From positions 1-58,640 of the forward strand of contig JBBSKF010000004.1 of the NCBI GenBank assembly GCA_038256525.1: 58,640 bases of DNA, in the 5' to 3' direction. Below the pieces are notes generated by a model. That model was not told where the DNA came from. It did not search any database and saw only the letters and a list, made by a program, of their open reading frames with translations. The stretch's first letter is position 1; each line of letters begins with the position of its first letter. The position numbers and the translations under genes were made by a program. This stretch comes from Mycobacteriales bacterium (GTDB lineage Bacteria; Actinomycetota; Actinomycetes; Mycobacteriales; SCTD01). Positions 36,625 through 45,470 of the stretch are shown in pieces.

Positions 36625-36867
36625 ATGGACGTCGGCGTCAGGGAGCTTCGCAATGACACGGCCCGCGTGATCGACGCCGTGCGCGCCGGCGAGCGGGTCA
36701 CGCTGACCGTGCGCGGCGAGCCGATCGCCGACATCGTTCCCCACGGTGGTCGCACCCGGTGGCTCTCGGGGGCAGCCCTGCACGACCAACTCGGACACCG
36801 TGCCGCGGACCCCGGCTTGCGGACAGACCTCGACGAGCTCGCCGGTCAAACGCTGGCTGACCTGTGA
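36625..36867 (+). CDS. Phd/YefM-type antitoxin
   Basis: ATG 36625. MDVGVRELRNDTARVIDAVRAGERVTLTVRGEPIADIVP. Confidence 0.8.
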   Translation: MDVGVRELRNDTARVIDAVRAGERVTLTVRGEPIADIVPHGGRTRWLSGAALHDQLGHRAADPGLRTDLDELAGQTLADL

Positions 36868-37262
36868 GCTCGGGGCTGCTCGACACGTCGGTGTTCATCG
36901 CCAAGGAGTCAGACCGGCCGCTCGGCCCGTTGCCCGCGCGCGTGGCGGTGTCGGTCATCACGATCGGCGAGCTGGAGCTGGGTGTCCTTGCCGCGACCGA
37001 CGAGGACGTCCTGGCCCGGCGCGCGGACACCCTCGCTCTTGCCCGGGAGTCCGACCCGATTCCGGTCACCGAGCCGGTGATGACAGCGTGGGCACGGCTC
37101 GTCATCGATTGCCGGCGTCGTGGCGTGCACCGCACGGTCAAGCTCACCGATGCTCTGATCGCCGCCACCGCCGTCGTGCACGGTCTGCCAGTCGTGACGC
37201 AGGATGCGGCCTTCGACCAGATCGCCAGCGCTCACCCCGCGCTTCGCGTGCTCAGGGTCTGA
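36864..37262 (+). CDS. vapC: PIN-domain toxin VapC
   Basis: GTGA overlap with the antitoxin. LLDTSVFIA...ELELGVL...TDALIAATAVVHGLPVVTQD. Confidence 0.85.
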   Translation: MSSGLLDTSVFIAKESDRPLGPLPARVAVSVITIGELELGVLAATDEDVLARRADTLALARESDPIPVTEPVMTAWARLVIDCRRRGVHRTVKLTDALIAATAVVHGLPVVTQDAAFDQIASAHPALRVLRV

Positions 37263-37433
37263 GCCACGCGGCCAGGCACGGACTCACGGTTCTTTTCAGC
37301 AGCCATAGGATCATGTGGTGACCCCTTCACGCGCGCTCCCACAGGGGTGCCCGGGCGTTCGTCACCACAGACAGGCAGGGGCATGGTTCGCGCCATCGGG
37401 TGAGTGGGCGATGCGGTGCGAGGAACGCCTCGC

Positions 37434-38528
37434 GTGACGATCCAGCTCAACGACCTCGGCCGGGGATATGCCGCTCAGGCGGAGGCGCTGCTGGGTGCAG
37501 CTCGCCGGGTCCTCGACAGCGGGTGGTACGTGCATGGCGCTGAACATGCGGCGTTCGAGAAGGAGTTCAGCGAGTTCGTCGGGGCCGGGGTCGCGTGCGT
37601 AGGCGTGGCCAACGGCACCGACGCCCTCGAGATCTGCTTACGAGCGCTCGACCCGGCTCCTGGATCGGTCGTCGTCACGGCTGCCAATGCCGGCATGTAC
37701 GGGTCGACTGCCATCCGGCGCGCCGGACTGCGGCCACGTTATGCCGATGTCGACCCGGACACCCTCCTGCTGACGGCCGAATCGGTCGAGACGGTCATGG
37801 ACGACGCCGTCTCGGTCGTCCTGGTCACGCATCTTTACGGTCGGCTCGCTGACGTGCCCGCCATCCACGGCGTGTGCACCCCCCGCGGCGTCGCCGTGGT
37901 CGAGGACTGCGCACAGGCCGTGGGCGCGAGTGCCCTCGGCTCCCGCGCCGGCAGCCTGGGCGATGCAGCAGCCTTCAGCTTCTATCCCACCAAGAACCTG
38001 GGCGCGCTCGGTGACGCGGGCGCCGTCACGAGTGTCCATGCCGAGGTGGCCGACCGGGCCAGGCGCTTACGGCAGTACGGCTGGGACACGAAATACACGG
38101 TGGGTCTCGACGGTGGTTGCAACAGCAGGCTCGACGAGTTGCAGGCGGCGTTCCTGCGCGTGCGCCTCCCCCACGTCGAGCGATGGAACGCGGCTCGGCG
38201 GGCCGTCATCGCCCGCTATGTCGACGCGGCGGACGGCACGGCCGTGCGCGTCCTGCCAGCGGTCGGCGACGGGCACGTCGCTCACCTCGCGGTCGCCGTC
38301 GCAGAGGATCGCGACGCTGTCCGGGCGGCCCTGCGCGACGCGGGCGTCTCGACCGACGTGCACTATCCCGTGCCCGACCATCGCCAGAAGCCCTTCGCCG
38401 CTGACTATGCGGACGTCCAGCTGCCCGTGACCGAGCAACTGTCGGCTCGAATCTTCTCGCTCCCCTGCTTCCCGGAGCTCGCCGAGGAGGAGATCGACGA
38501 GGTCTGCTCCGTGCTGGCTACCTTGTGA
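37434..38528 (+). CDS. DegT/DnrJ/EryC1/StrS-family sugar aminotransferase (FdtB/QdtB-like)
   Basis: GANGTDALEICL, and FSFYPTKNLGALGDAG with the PLP lysine. Start GTG 37434 (37404 possible). Confidence 0.85.
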   Translation: MTIQLNDLGRGYAAQAEALLGAARRVLDSGWYVHGAEHAAFEKEFSEFVGAGVACVGVANGTDALEICLRALDPAPGSVVVTAANAGMYGSTAIRRAGLRPRYADVDPDTLLLTAESVETVMDDAVSVVLVTHLYGRLADVPAIHGVCTPRGVAVVEDCAQAVGASALGSRAGSLGDAAAFSFYPTKNLGALGDAGAVTSVHAEVADRARRLRQYGWDTKYTVGLDGGCNSRLDELQAAFLRVRLPHVERWNAARRAVIARYVDAADGTAVRVLPAVGDGHVAHLAVAVAEDRDAVRAALRDAGVSTDVHYPVPDHRQKPFAADYADVQLPVTEQLSARIFSLPCFPELAEEEIDEVCSVLATL

Positions 38529-38529
38529 G

Positions 38530-39489
38530 ATGACCTCCGCCCGCTACTCGGTCGTCGTCCCGGTCTACGGCAACGAGGCCTCGATCCCGGCTCTGCTCGA
38601 GCGTCTCGAACGACTTGCCGAGCGACTGGACGCGCCCATGGAAGCGGTGTTCGTCGTCGACGGGTCACCCGACGGCTCGCTGCTCGTCCTGAGGCGACTG
38701 CTGCCCGATGCCTGCTTCGCTTCGCAGCTGGTGGCACACTCGCGCAACTTCGGATCCTTCGCCGCGATCCGAACCGGTTTTGCGACCGCCGTCGGTGAGT
38801 TCGTCGCAGCCATGGCGGCTGACCTGCAGGAGCCACCCGAGCTGGTGGAGGACCTGTTCCTCCAGCTCTCCTCCGGCTCGTACGACGTCGCCGTCGGCAC
38901 CCGGGAAGGCCGCGAGGACCCGCGGACCACCATGCTGCTCTCGCGCACGTTCTGGTCGCTCTACCGGCGATGGGTGGCCAAGGAGATCCCCGCCGGCGGC
39001 GTCGACATCTTCGGCTGTACGCGCCACGTCGCCGCTCAGCTGGTCGCGCTGGACGAGTCCCACTCGAGCCTGGTCGGCCTGCTCTACTGGCTCGGCTACC
39101 GACGCGCCGAGGTGCCCTACCGCCGGGCACCTCGCGCCGACGGGCGCAGCGGCTGGTCGTTCCGGCGCAAGCTGCGTTACTTCCTCGACAGCGTCTACTC
39201 CTTCACCGACGTGCCGATCACGATCCTCACCTTGATCGGAGCCGTCGGCGGGGTCGTCACGTTGGTGGCCGGTGTCTTCCTCGTCGTCGCTCGGCTCACG
39301 GGCATCATCACCCAGACGGGCTACACCCCACTCATGCTGGTGATGCTGCTCTCGACGTTCACTCTGCTGTTCGGCCTGGGCGTCGTCGGGTCCTATGTGT
39401 GGCGCACGTATGAGAACAGCAAGGGACGGCCAGGTGCCGTCGCCATGTCGCACGAGCAGTTCTCGAGGAGCGATCGCTCGGATGGGTGA
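38530..39489 (+). CDS. GtrB/ArnC-like polyprenyl-phosphate glycosyltransferase (GT2 with 2 C-terminal TMs)
   Basis: YSVVVPVYGNE, VFVVDGSPDGS, MAADLQEPPELV, and two C-terminal TM helices. Confidence 0.85.
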   Translation: MTSARYSVVVPVYGNEASIPALLERLERLAERLDAPMEAVFVVDGSPDGSLLVLRRLLPDACFASQLVAHSRNFGSFAAIRTGFATAVGEFVAAMAADLQEPPELVEDLFLQLSSGSYDVAVGTREGREDPRTTMLLSRTFWSLYRRWVAKEIPAGGVDIFGCTRHVAAQLVALDESHSSLVGLLYWLGYRRAEVPYRRAPRADGRSGWSFRRKLRYFLDSVYSFTDVPITILTLIGAVGGVVTLVAGVFLVVARLTGIITQTGYTPLMLVMLLSTFTLLFGLGVVGSYVWRTYENSKGRPGAVAMSHEQFSRSDRSDG

Positions 39490-39886
39490 CCTCCAGGACC
39501 AGTCGATGCGCTTCCTGCTCGTCGGCGCCACGAACACGGCCGTCACCGGACTGCTCCTGCTCCTGCTGGCCGGGCCGATCGGACTGGAGCTCGCCTACAC
39601 GATCGTCTTCGTCCTCGGTCTGGCTTTCACCACGGTGTTGACCGGCCGCTACGTGTTCTCGACCACGACCTCGTGGCGGAGATCAACGCTCTTCGTCCTG
39701 TGGTACCTCGGGGTGTACGGGCTGGGTCTCGGCCTGATCTCGGCCCTCGACACAAGACTGTCCAACGCGTGGACGGTGCTGGTGATCCTGCTCGTGACCG
39801 TTCCCACGAACTTCCTGGGCGGGCGGCTCATCTTCCATGGGTCGGCGCACCCCGCCCGGACTTTCCACCAGGAGAGAACCTCATGA
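39482..39886 (+). CDS. GtrA-family small membrane protein
   Basis: [21 protein letters not shown] plus 4 TM segments. Overlaps both neighbouring genes. Confidence 0.8.
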   Translation: MGDLQDQSMRFLLVGATNTAVTGLLLLLLAGPIGLELAYTIVFVLGLAFTTVLTGRYVFSTTTSWRRSTLFVLWYLGVYGLGLGLISALDTRLSNAWTVLVILLVTVPTNFLGGRLIFHGSAHPARTFHQERTS

Positions 39887-40818
39887 ATCACTTTGTCCAC
39901 GACAAGGGTCTCTGCGAAAGTGATGCCGTCGGCGACGGCACCCGGATCTGGGCTTTCAGTCACGTGCTCGCGGGCGCACAGATCGGCGCCGACTGCAACA
40001 TCTGCGACCACGTGTTCATCGAGAACGACGTCGTCATCGGTGACCGGGTGACCATCAAGAGCGGTGTGCAGCTCTGGGACGGGACGCGGCTCGCCGACGA
40101 CGTGTTCGTCGGCCCCAACGTCACGTTCACCAACGACCGCTTCCCGCGAAGCAAGCTCTACCCGTCCTCCTTCCCGCAGACGGTCATCGGTCCTGGCGCA
40201 TCTCTGGGGGCAAACGCCACGATCCTCCCGGGGGTCAGGATCGGTCGCCGCGCAATGGTGGGCGCGGGTGCCGTGGTCACCAAGGACGTGCCACCACATG
40301 CCATCGTCGTGGGAAACCCAGGTCGGATCGTGGGCTACGAGGATGCGACGGGCGACGACCCCGACGTGACCCGGACCCGCAACGACGCGCTTCCGGACAG
40401 CCGCGTGCCGGGCGCCACCCTGCTCAGACTCACGCGCGCCGAGGACCTGCGGGGCAGTCTGGTCGCCGCGAACTTCGAACAGGACCTGCCGTTCATACCG
40501 CGCCGCTTCTTCACCGTCTTCGACGTCCCGTCGAGCGATGTCCGTGGCGCGCATGCGCACCGCCGCTGCCACCAGCTGCTGATCTGCGTTCAGGGGAGTG
40601 TCAATGCCCTCGTGGACAACGGGGACACCCGCCAGGAGTTCACGCTCGACCGCGCCGACGTCGGGCTGCATGTGCAGCCGATGATCTGGGGCACGCAGTA
40701 CCGATACACCGCCGATGCCGTGCTCCTCGTGCTGGCCTCGGACCCCTACTCCGCCGACGACTACATCCGCGACCACGACGACTTCCTCGCCGAGGTGGCG
40801 CGGAGGCGACAGGGCTGA
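39883..40818 (+). CDS. Bifunctional WxcM-like protein: N-terminal LbH acetyltransferase + C-terminal FdtA-like cupin (3,4-ketoisomerase)
   Basis: Hexapeptide repeats ([28 protein letters not shown]...), then [37 protein letters not shown], the FdtA/WxcM cupin signature. Confidence 0.75.
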   Translation: MNHFVHDKGLCESDAVGDGTRIWAFSHVLAGAQIGADCNICDHVFIENDVVIGDRVTIKSGVQLWDGTRLADDVFVGPNVTFTNDRFPRSKLYPSSFPQTVIGPGASLGANATILPGVRIGRRAMVGAGAVVTKDVPPHAIVVGNPGRIVGYEDATGDDPDVTRTRNDALPDSRVPGATLLRLTRAEDLRGSLVAANFEQDLPFIPRRFFTVFDVPSSDVRGAHAHRRCHQLLICVQGSVNALVDNGDTRQEFTLDRADVGLHVQPMIWGTQYRYTADAVLLVLASDPYSADDYIRDHDDFLAEVARRRQG

Positions 40819-40831
40819 GTGCCCACACCTC

Positions 40832-41437
40832 TCACGCCTTCCGTGCGCTCCACGGCGCATCCACGGCCCGCAGCGCCGCCCCACCCCGCAGCGCCGCGAA
40901 CGCCGCGAGCAGCCCCGCCACCGTGATGCCGTTCTCGATCTCCCCGGCCAGCACCCGCGCCACCGCCTGCTCCAGCGGCACCCGCGTCAGCTCCATGTCG
41001 GCCTCCTCGTGGAAGGCGACGTGCCGCTCCCCCGCCGGCACGTCGACCAGGTCGCGGGCCAGCAGCAGCCGGATCGTCTCGTCCGTCATCCCGGGCGAGG
41101 TGAGGATGTCGCACAGGCAGTCCCACCGCCCGGCGGTCACGAAAGCCTCCTCCGCCAGCTCCCGCCGCCCCGCCTCCAGCGCCGACTCGGTCGTCGAGTC
41201 CAGCAGCCCGGCCGGGATCTCCCACAGGTGCCGGCCGACCGGGTGGCGGTACTGCCGCACCAGCAGCACCCGCTCCTGGTCGTCCAGCGCCACGATCCCG
41301 ATCGCGCCCGGCAGCTCCACCACGTCGCGCTGCGACACCGCCTCGCCCGGCATCGCCACCTGGTCCGAGCGCACCGCCAGCACCCGGCCGTCGAACACCC
41401 GCCGGGAGGCCCGGACCTCGTACGCGTGGTCGGCCAC
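40832..41437 (-). CDS. NUDIX hydrolase
   Basis: Nudix box GLLDSTTESALEAGRRELAEEAF. GTG start at 41437. Confidence 0.85.
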   Translation of the reverse strand: MADHAYEVRASRRVFDGRVLAVRSDQVAMPGEAVSQRDVVELPGAIGIVALDDQERVLLVRQYRHPVGRHLWEIPAGLLDSTTESALEAGRRELAEEAFVTAGRWDCLCDILTSPGMTDETIRLLLARDLVDVPAGERHVAFHEEADMELTRVPLEQAVARVLAGEIENGITVAGLLAAFAALRGGAALRAVDAPWSARKA

Positions 41438-41440
41438 GGG

Positions 41441-42775
41441 TCAGGCGATGCCGGCCATCGCGCCCGCCGGGTCGGCGATGTACTCGCGTACGCACGAGAT
41501 GACGTAGTCCAGCATCTCGTCGGTCAGCCCCGGATAGACCCCGAGCCAGAAGGTCTGCTCGGTGACGATGTCGGCGTTGTGAAGATCCCCGACCACCCGG
41601 TGCTCGATCCCGGCATAGGCCGGCTGGCGCAGCAGGTTGCCACCGAACAGCTGGCGGGTGGCGATCTTGCGGACGTCCAGGAACTGCACCAGCTCGTGGC
41701 GCTTCGCGACCGAGCCGGGCCGGATCGTCACGCAGAAGCCGAACCAGCTCGGCTCGCTGTGCTCGGTCGCCCTCGGCATGATCAGGCAGTCGAGGTCGGC
41801 CAGGCCGTCGTGCAGCGTCTGCCAGTTGCGGTTGCGGGCCTTGATGAACCCGTCCAGCTTCGACATCTGCGCGGCCCCCACCGCAGCCTGCATGTCGGTC
41901 GCCTTGAGGTTGTAGCCGATGTGGCTGTAGGTGTACTTGTGGTCGTAGCCGTGCGGCAACGTGCCGAGCTGCCAGTCGAAGCGCTTGCCGCAGGTGTTGT
42001 CCTTGCCCGGCTCACACCAGCAGTCGCGGCCCCAGTCGCGGAACGACTCGACCAGCGGCTTCAGCTTCGCCCGCTTGATCATGACGGCGCCGCCCTCGCC
42101 CATCGTGATGTGGTGGGCCGGATAGAAGCTGACCGTCGAGACGTCGCCGAAGCTGCCGGTCATCTTCCCCTTGTACTTCGCGCCGAGCGCGTCGCAGTTG
42201 TCCTCGAGCACCCAGAGCCCGTGCTCCTTGGCGAGCTGCATGACAGCGCCGAGATCGAACGGGTTGCCCAGTGTGTGGGCCATCGAGATGGCCCGAGTCT
42301 TCGGGCTGATCGCCTCGGCGAGCCGGTCGACCTGGACGTCGTAGGTGCCGAGCTCGATGTCGAGGAACACCGGCACCAGCCGGTTCTGGATGATCGGGTT
42401 GACGGTGGTCGGGAAACCCGCGCCGACGGTGATGACCTCGTCGCCCGGTTTCAACGCCCGCTCGCCCAGCTTGGGCGAGGTCAGCGCGGACAGCGCGAGC
42501 AGGTTGGCCGACGATCCGGAGTTGCACAGGAACGCATGCCGTACGCCCAGGAACTCCTCCAGCTGGCGCTCGAAGCTGGCGGCGTAGCGGCCGGTGGTGA
42601 GCCAGAAGTCGAGCCCGGAGTCGACGAGCGACGCCATCTCGTCACCGTCGAAGACCTTGCCCGACACCGGGATCGGGGTCTGTCCCGGCACGAAGTCGCG
42701 GACCGGGAAGGCCTCGACGTGGTAGTCGCGGACCAGCGCGAGGATCTGCGCGCGCAGGTCGCCGGCCCGGCTCAT
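41441..42775 (-). CDS. rfbH: CDP-4-keto-6-deoxy-D-glucose-3-dehydrase (E1, RfbH/DdhC)
   Basis: DegT fold with His in place of the PLP lysine ([14 protein letters not shown]) and the C-x-C-x7-C iron-sulfur motif ([11 protein letters not shown]). Both are hallmarks of E1. Confidence 0.9.
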   Translation of the reverse strand: MSRAGDLRAQILALVRDYHVEAFPVRDFVPGQTPIPVSGKVFDGDEMASLVDSGLDFWLTTGRYAASFERQLEEFLGVRHAFLCNSGSSANLLALSALTSPKLGERALKPGDEVITVGAGFPTTVNPIIQNRLVPVFLDIELGTYDVQVDRLAEAISPKTRAISMAHTLGNPFDLGAVMQLAKEHGLWVLEDNCDALGAKYKGKMTGSFGDVSTVSFYPAHHITMGEGGAVMIKRAKLKPLVESFRDWGRDCWCEPGKDNTCGKRFDWQLGTLPHGYDHKYTYSHIGYNLKATDMQAAVGAAQMSKLDGFIKARNRNWQTLHDGLADLDCLIMPRATEHSEPSWFGFCVTIRPGSVAKRHELVQFLDVRKIATRQLFGGNLLRQPAYAGIEHRVVGDLHNADIVTEQTFWLGVYPGLTDEMLDYVISCVREYIADPAGAMAGIA

Positions 42776-43725
42776 CCGGTCGTGCCGCCCGGCCGCATCC
42801 CCGCTGCTGTCTGCTCGACGAGCTCGGCCAGGGGCGCGAAGTCCAGACCGCAGTGCTCGGCCAGCTGGGCCATCTGCCCAGGCTTCCCGACGTAGCGGTC
42901 CTCCGGCGCGTCCGGGTCGAACGAGCGCTCCACCGCCTCAGGGGGGAGCCCGTGCAGCTGCGCGACCAGCGCGGCCAGCTCGCCGATCTCGACGACGTGG
43001 CCACCGCTGTCGAACACCAGCGGGATCTGCGACAGCAGCGACCACAGCCCGACGGTGAGAACCTCGGCCACGCCGACGTAGGAGCGGATCACCGGCGCCT
43101 TCGAGCGCACGCGCAGCGGCCCCCCCGCCTGCGCCATCGCGATGAAGGCCCCGAGCGCGTAGACCTCGTGCTGGGTGATACCGCGTCCCGCCACGCTGAA
43201 GACCCGGGCGACGACAGACGTCCCGCCGATGTCGGCCATCGCCTGGCGCAGGGCCAGCTCGTCGAGATGCTTGAGCGTGCCGTACGGATTGCCGGTCAGG
43301 TCGCAGGACATGTGCCGCGCCTTGTCGTAGACCGCACCCGAGGAGGTCGTGAGCAGGCCGCGCGGATGCAGCCGGGAGATCGCCCCGAGCACCGTCGCGG
43401 TGATCTGCAGGTTCTGCTCGAGGTAGTCGGGCAGACCCAGCTTCGCCGCGTGGTTCCGGGTGAGGAATGCGAAGTGCAGGACGTGTGTCGCGCTGCCGAT
43501 GCTCCCCGCGAGCTCGGACAGGGCGTGCACCTGCACCGTGCGTCCGCGGGTGGTCTGCACGGTGCGGGGGCGGCTGGCGTAGGCCGTGACGCGCTCGCCG
43601 GCCTGCTCCCCCAGCAGCTCGTCGAGCAGGTCCAGGGCGGTGACGCCGAACCAGCCTGTCGCACCCGTGACGGCGAAGTGCTCGTCGCCCCGCAGGAGCG
43701 GACGAAGCACCTCGGTCGGTGTCAT
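42772..43725 (-). CDS. NAD(P)-dependent sugar epimerase/reductase (SDR)
   Basis: ATG 43725 (MTPTEVL). Rossmann motif VTGATGWFG and catalytic YGTLK. The upstream part of the 613-aa ORF-track entry is not coding. Confidence 0.75.
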   Translation of the reverse strand: MTPTEVLRPLLRGDEHFAVTGATGWFGVTALDLLDELLGEQAGERVTAYASRPRTVQTTRGRTVQVHALSELAGSIGSATHVLHFAFLTRNHAAKLGLPDYLEQNLQITATVLGAISRLHPRGLLTTSSGAVYDKARHMSCDLTGNPYGTLKHLDELALRQAMADIGGTSVVARVFSVAGRGITQHEVYALGAFIAMAQAGGPLRVRSKAPVIRSYVGVAEVLTVGLWSLLSQIPLVFDSGGHVVEIGELAALVAQLHGLPPEAVERSFDPDAPEDRYVGKPGQMAQLAEHCGLDFAPLAELVEQTAAGMRPGGTTG

Positions 43726-44525
43726 GAGCCACCGCTCAGGACGCGCCAGCGGCTCTCCAGCATGTCGATGCGTCTGGCGTCCTCCTGGAAGATCCGGCCG
43801 TAGTACTCCCGCTTGTTGATCAGCCACAGCAGCTCGAAGTGGACGGCGTTGAGCAGCCCCTGCTTGACGTCGTCCCGGTCCAGCGCTTCGGCCAGGAAGA
43901 CCACCTTGCGCGTCTCGAATCGGGTCAGGTGCACCGCCCGGACCCGCTGGAGCACGTCGATGCTGTCCATCGACACGCCCCCGCCCACGACCAGGTCGAG
44001 CCCGTGGGCCTTGCACACCTCGGCGGTTCGCAGGACGTAGTCGGTGATCGCCTCGTCGTTGATGGAGTCGCGGGTGCGCCCGATCGAGCCCGAGAAGTCG
44101 ACCCGGCCGAAGACCATCCCGTCGACACCGGGAACGCCGGTGGCGACCTTCGCCATCTCGTCGAGGTGCTCGAAGCCGGTGATCGTCTCGATGTTGAACA
44201 GGAAGTCGGTGTCCTCGGCCTCGTCCGCGCTGTAGACGAGGTCCTTGGCCGCGACGTACTTCGACAACGCGTACGGCGTCTCGATCATCGGCGCGACGAT
44301 GTAGCGGACGCCCACCTGCTTGGACTCCAGCAGGTCCCGGATCGCCTCGCAGCCACCGATCTTCACCGTGAGCAGCAGGCCGGCGGCGTGGGCGATGTCG
44401 ACGAGCCGGAGCAGCTCGTCCATGCGTGTGCCCTCGGCCTCGAACTCCGCCTTGACGGCGCCGTAGCCGTACAGCTCGCGGCCCTGACGCAGGATGTCTG
44501 TCATCTGGCGCTCGATCTTGTTCAT
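43722..44525 (-). CDS. HpcH/HpaI aldolase / citrate-lyase beta-like family protein
   Basis: 267 aa with [26 protein letters not shown] and [14 protein letters not shown]-barrel aldolase-like motifs. Assigned by resemblance only. Confidence 0.6.
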   Translation of the reverse strand: MNKIERQMTDILRQGRELYGYGAVKAEFEAEGTRMDELLRLVDIAHAAGLLLTVKIGGCEAIRDLLESKQVGVRYIVAPMIETPYALSKYVAAKDLVYSADEAEDTDFLFNIETITGFEHLDEMAKVATGVPGVDGMVFGRVDFSGSIGRTRDSINDEAITDYVLRTAEVCKAHGLDLVVGGGVSMDSIDVLQRVRAVHLTRFETRKVVFLAEALDRDDVKQGLLNAVHFELLWLINKREYYGRIFQEDARRIDMLESRWRVLSGGS

Positions 44526-44681
44526 TGCACTGTCCCTTCACACAGAAAGCGCGGCGCCCGGGTAGATCAGCTCGACCGCAGCGATGACCGAAGGTCGACT
44601 GGCAGGGCGTCACGGTGCGGTCCGGACGTCCAGGTGGCGTTGCAACCTAACGGTATCCGGCCGGGCTGCCCGGGAGGACAC

Positions 44682-45470
44682 TCACCGGTCGAGCAACGCG
44701 TTCGTGAAGTCGGCGAGACTGCGGTAGCCCATCGCCGGGTCGGCGATGAGCACCCCCGGCACACCCGCTGCCGCAGCCATTCCCAGGTCGGCCTCGACGC
44801 TGTCACCGACGACGAACCAGTCGCTGTGTCCCGTGCCGGTGAGGTCCCACAGGTCAGTCAGCATCTGCGGGGCGGGCTTGCCGACCACGACGTCAGCGGT
44901 GCGGCCGGCCGCCGACTCCACCGCCGCGAGCAGGGGGCCACAACCAGGCAGCAGCGTGCCGCCTGCGCCGGGGTAGCTCCGGTCACGATTGCACCCGATC
45001 AGCGGCACGCCACGCCTGAGCGCGGCCAGCGCGGCGGCCAGGCGCAGATAGCTGAACCCCACGTCCAGGCCGACGATGACGGCGCCCGCCTCCTGCGGAT
45101 CGTCGGTGCCGACCAGCCGGAAGCTCTCGCACTCCTGCACCAGACCCGCACTTCCCAGCAGCAGGATCGGCTGACCATCAGGCAGCAGCCGACTGGCCGC
45201 CCGCGCGGCGAGATACCCGGATGTGGTGACCTGGTCGACCGTGCAGGGCACCCCCAGCCGCCTCAGCTTGGTGGCGACGTGCGCTCTGGTCGCGGCGGAG
45301 GAGTTCGTGACGAAGCGGACGGTCCGGCCCGACGCACGCAGGTCGCGGACCGCCTCCACCGCTCCCGGTAGGGCCGCCGGCCCGTGGTAGAGCACGCCGT
45401 CCAGGTCGAGCGCCAACCAGCGCCGGCCGGCCAGATCGGCCGTGGTCGCGCTCACCGCCGACGGGCTCAC
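44682..45470 (-). CDS. HAD-IIA family hydrolase (sugar-phosphatase-like)
   Basis: GTG 45470 overlaps the stop of the ThDP gene. LALDLDGVLY (DxDG), FVTNSS and VGDSVEADL. Confidence 0.75.
   Translation of the reverse strand: MSPSAVSATTADLAGRRWLALDLDGVLYHGPAALPGAVEAVRDLRASGRTVRFVTNSSAATRAHVATKLRRLGVPCTVDQVTTSGYLAARAASRLLPDGQPILLLGSAGLVQECESFRLVGTDDPQEAGAVIVGLDVGFSYLRLAAALAALRRGVPLIGCNRDRSYPGAGGTLLPGCGPLLAAVESAAGRTADVVVGKPAPQMLTDLWDLTGTGHSDWFVVGDSVEADLGMAAAAGVPGVLIADPAMGYRSLADFTNALLDR

Noticed and set aside
37263-37433. Island boundaries (26150-26415, 37263-37433, 57574-58345), scanned for tRNA genes or shared direct repeats.
   Set aside because: No cloverleaf-compatible sequence and no shared repeat of 12 nt or more between the two island flanks could be seen by eye. 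A tRNAscan or BLAST search is needed for certainty.
43726-44613. Upstream 296 codons of the 613-aa ORF 42772..44613, as an N-terminal extension of the SDR enzyme.
   Set aside because: The region is occupied, in another frame on the same strand, by the aldolase-like gene (43722..44525) with a convincing sequence. The SDR Rossmann motif follows directly after ATG 43725.
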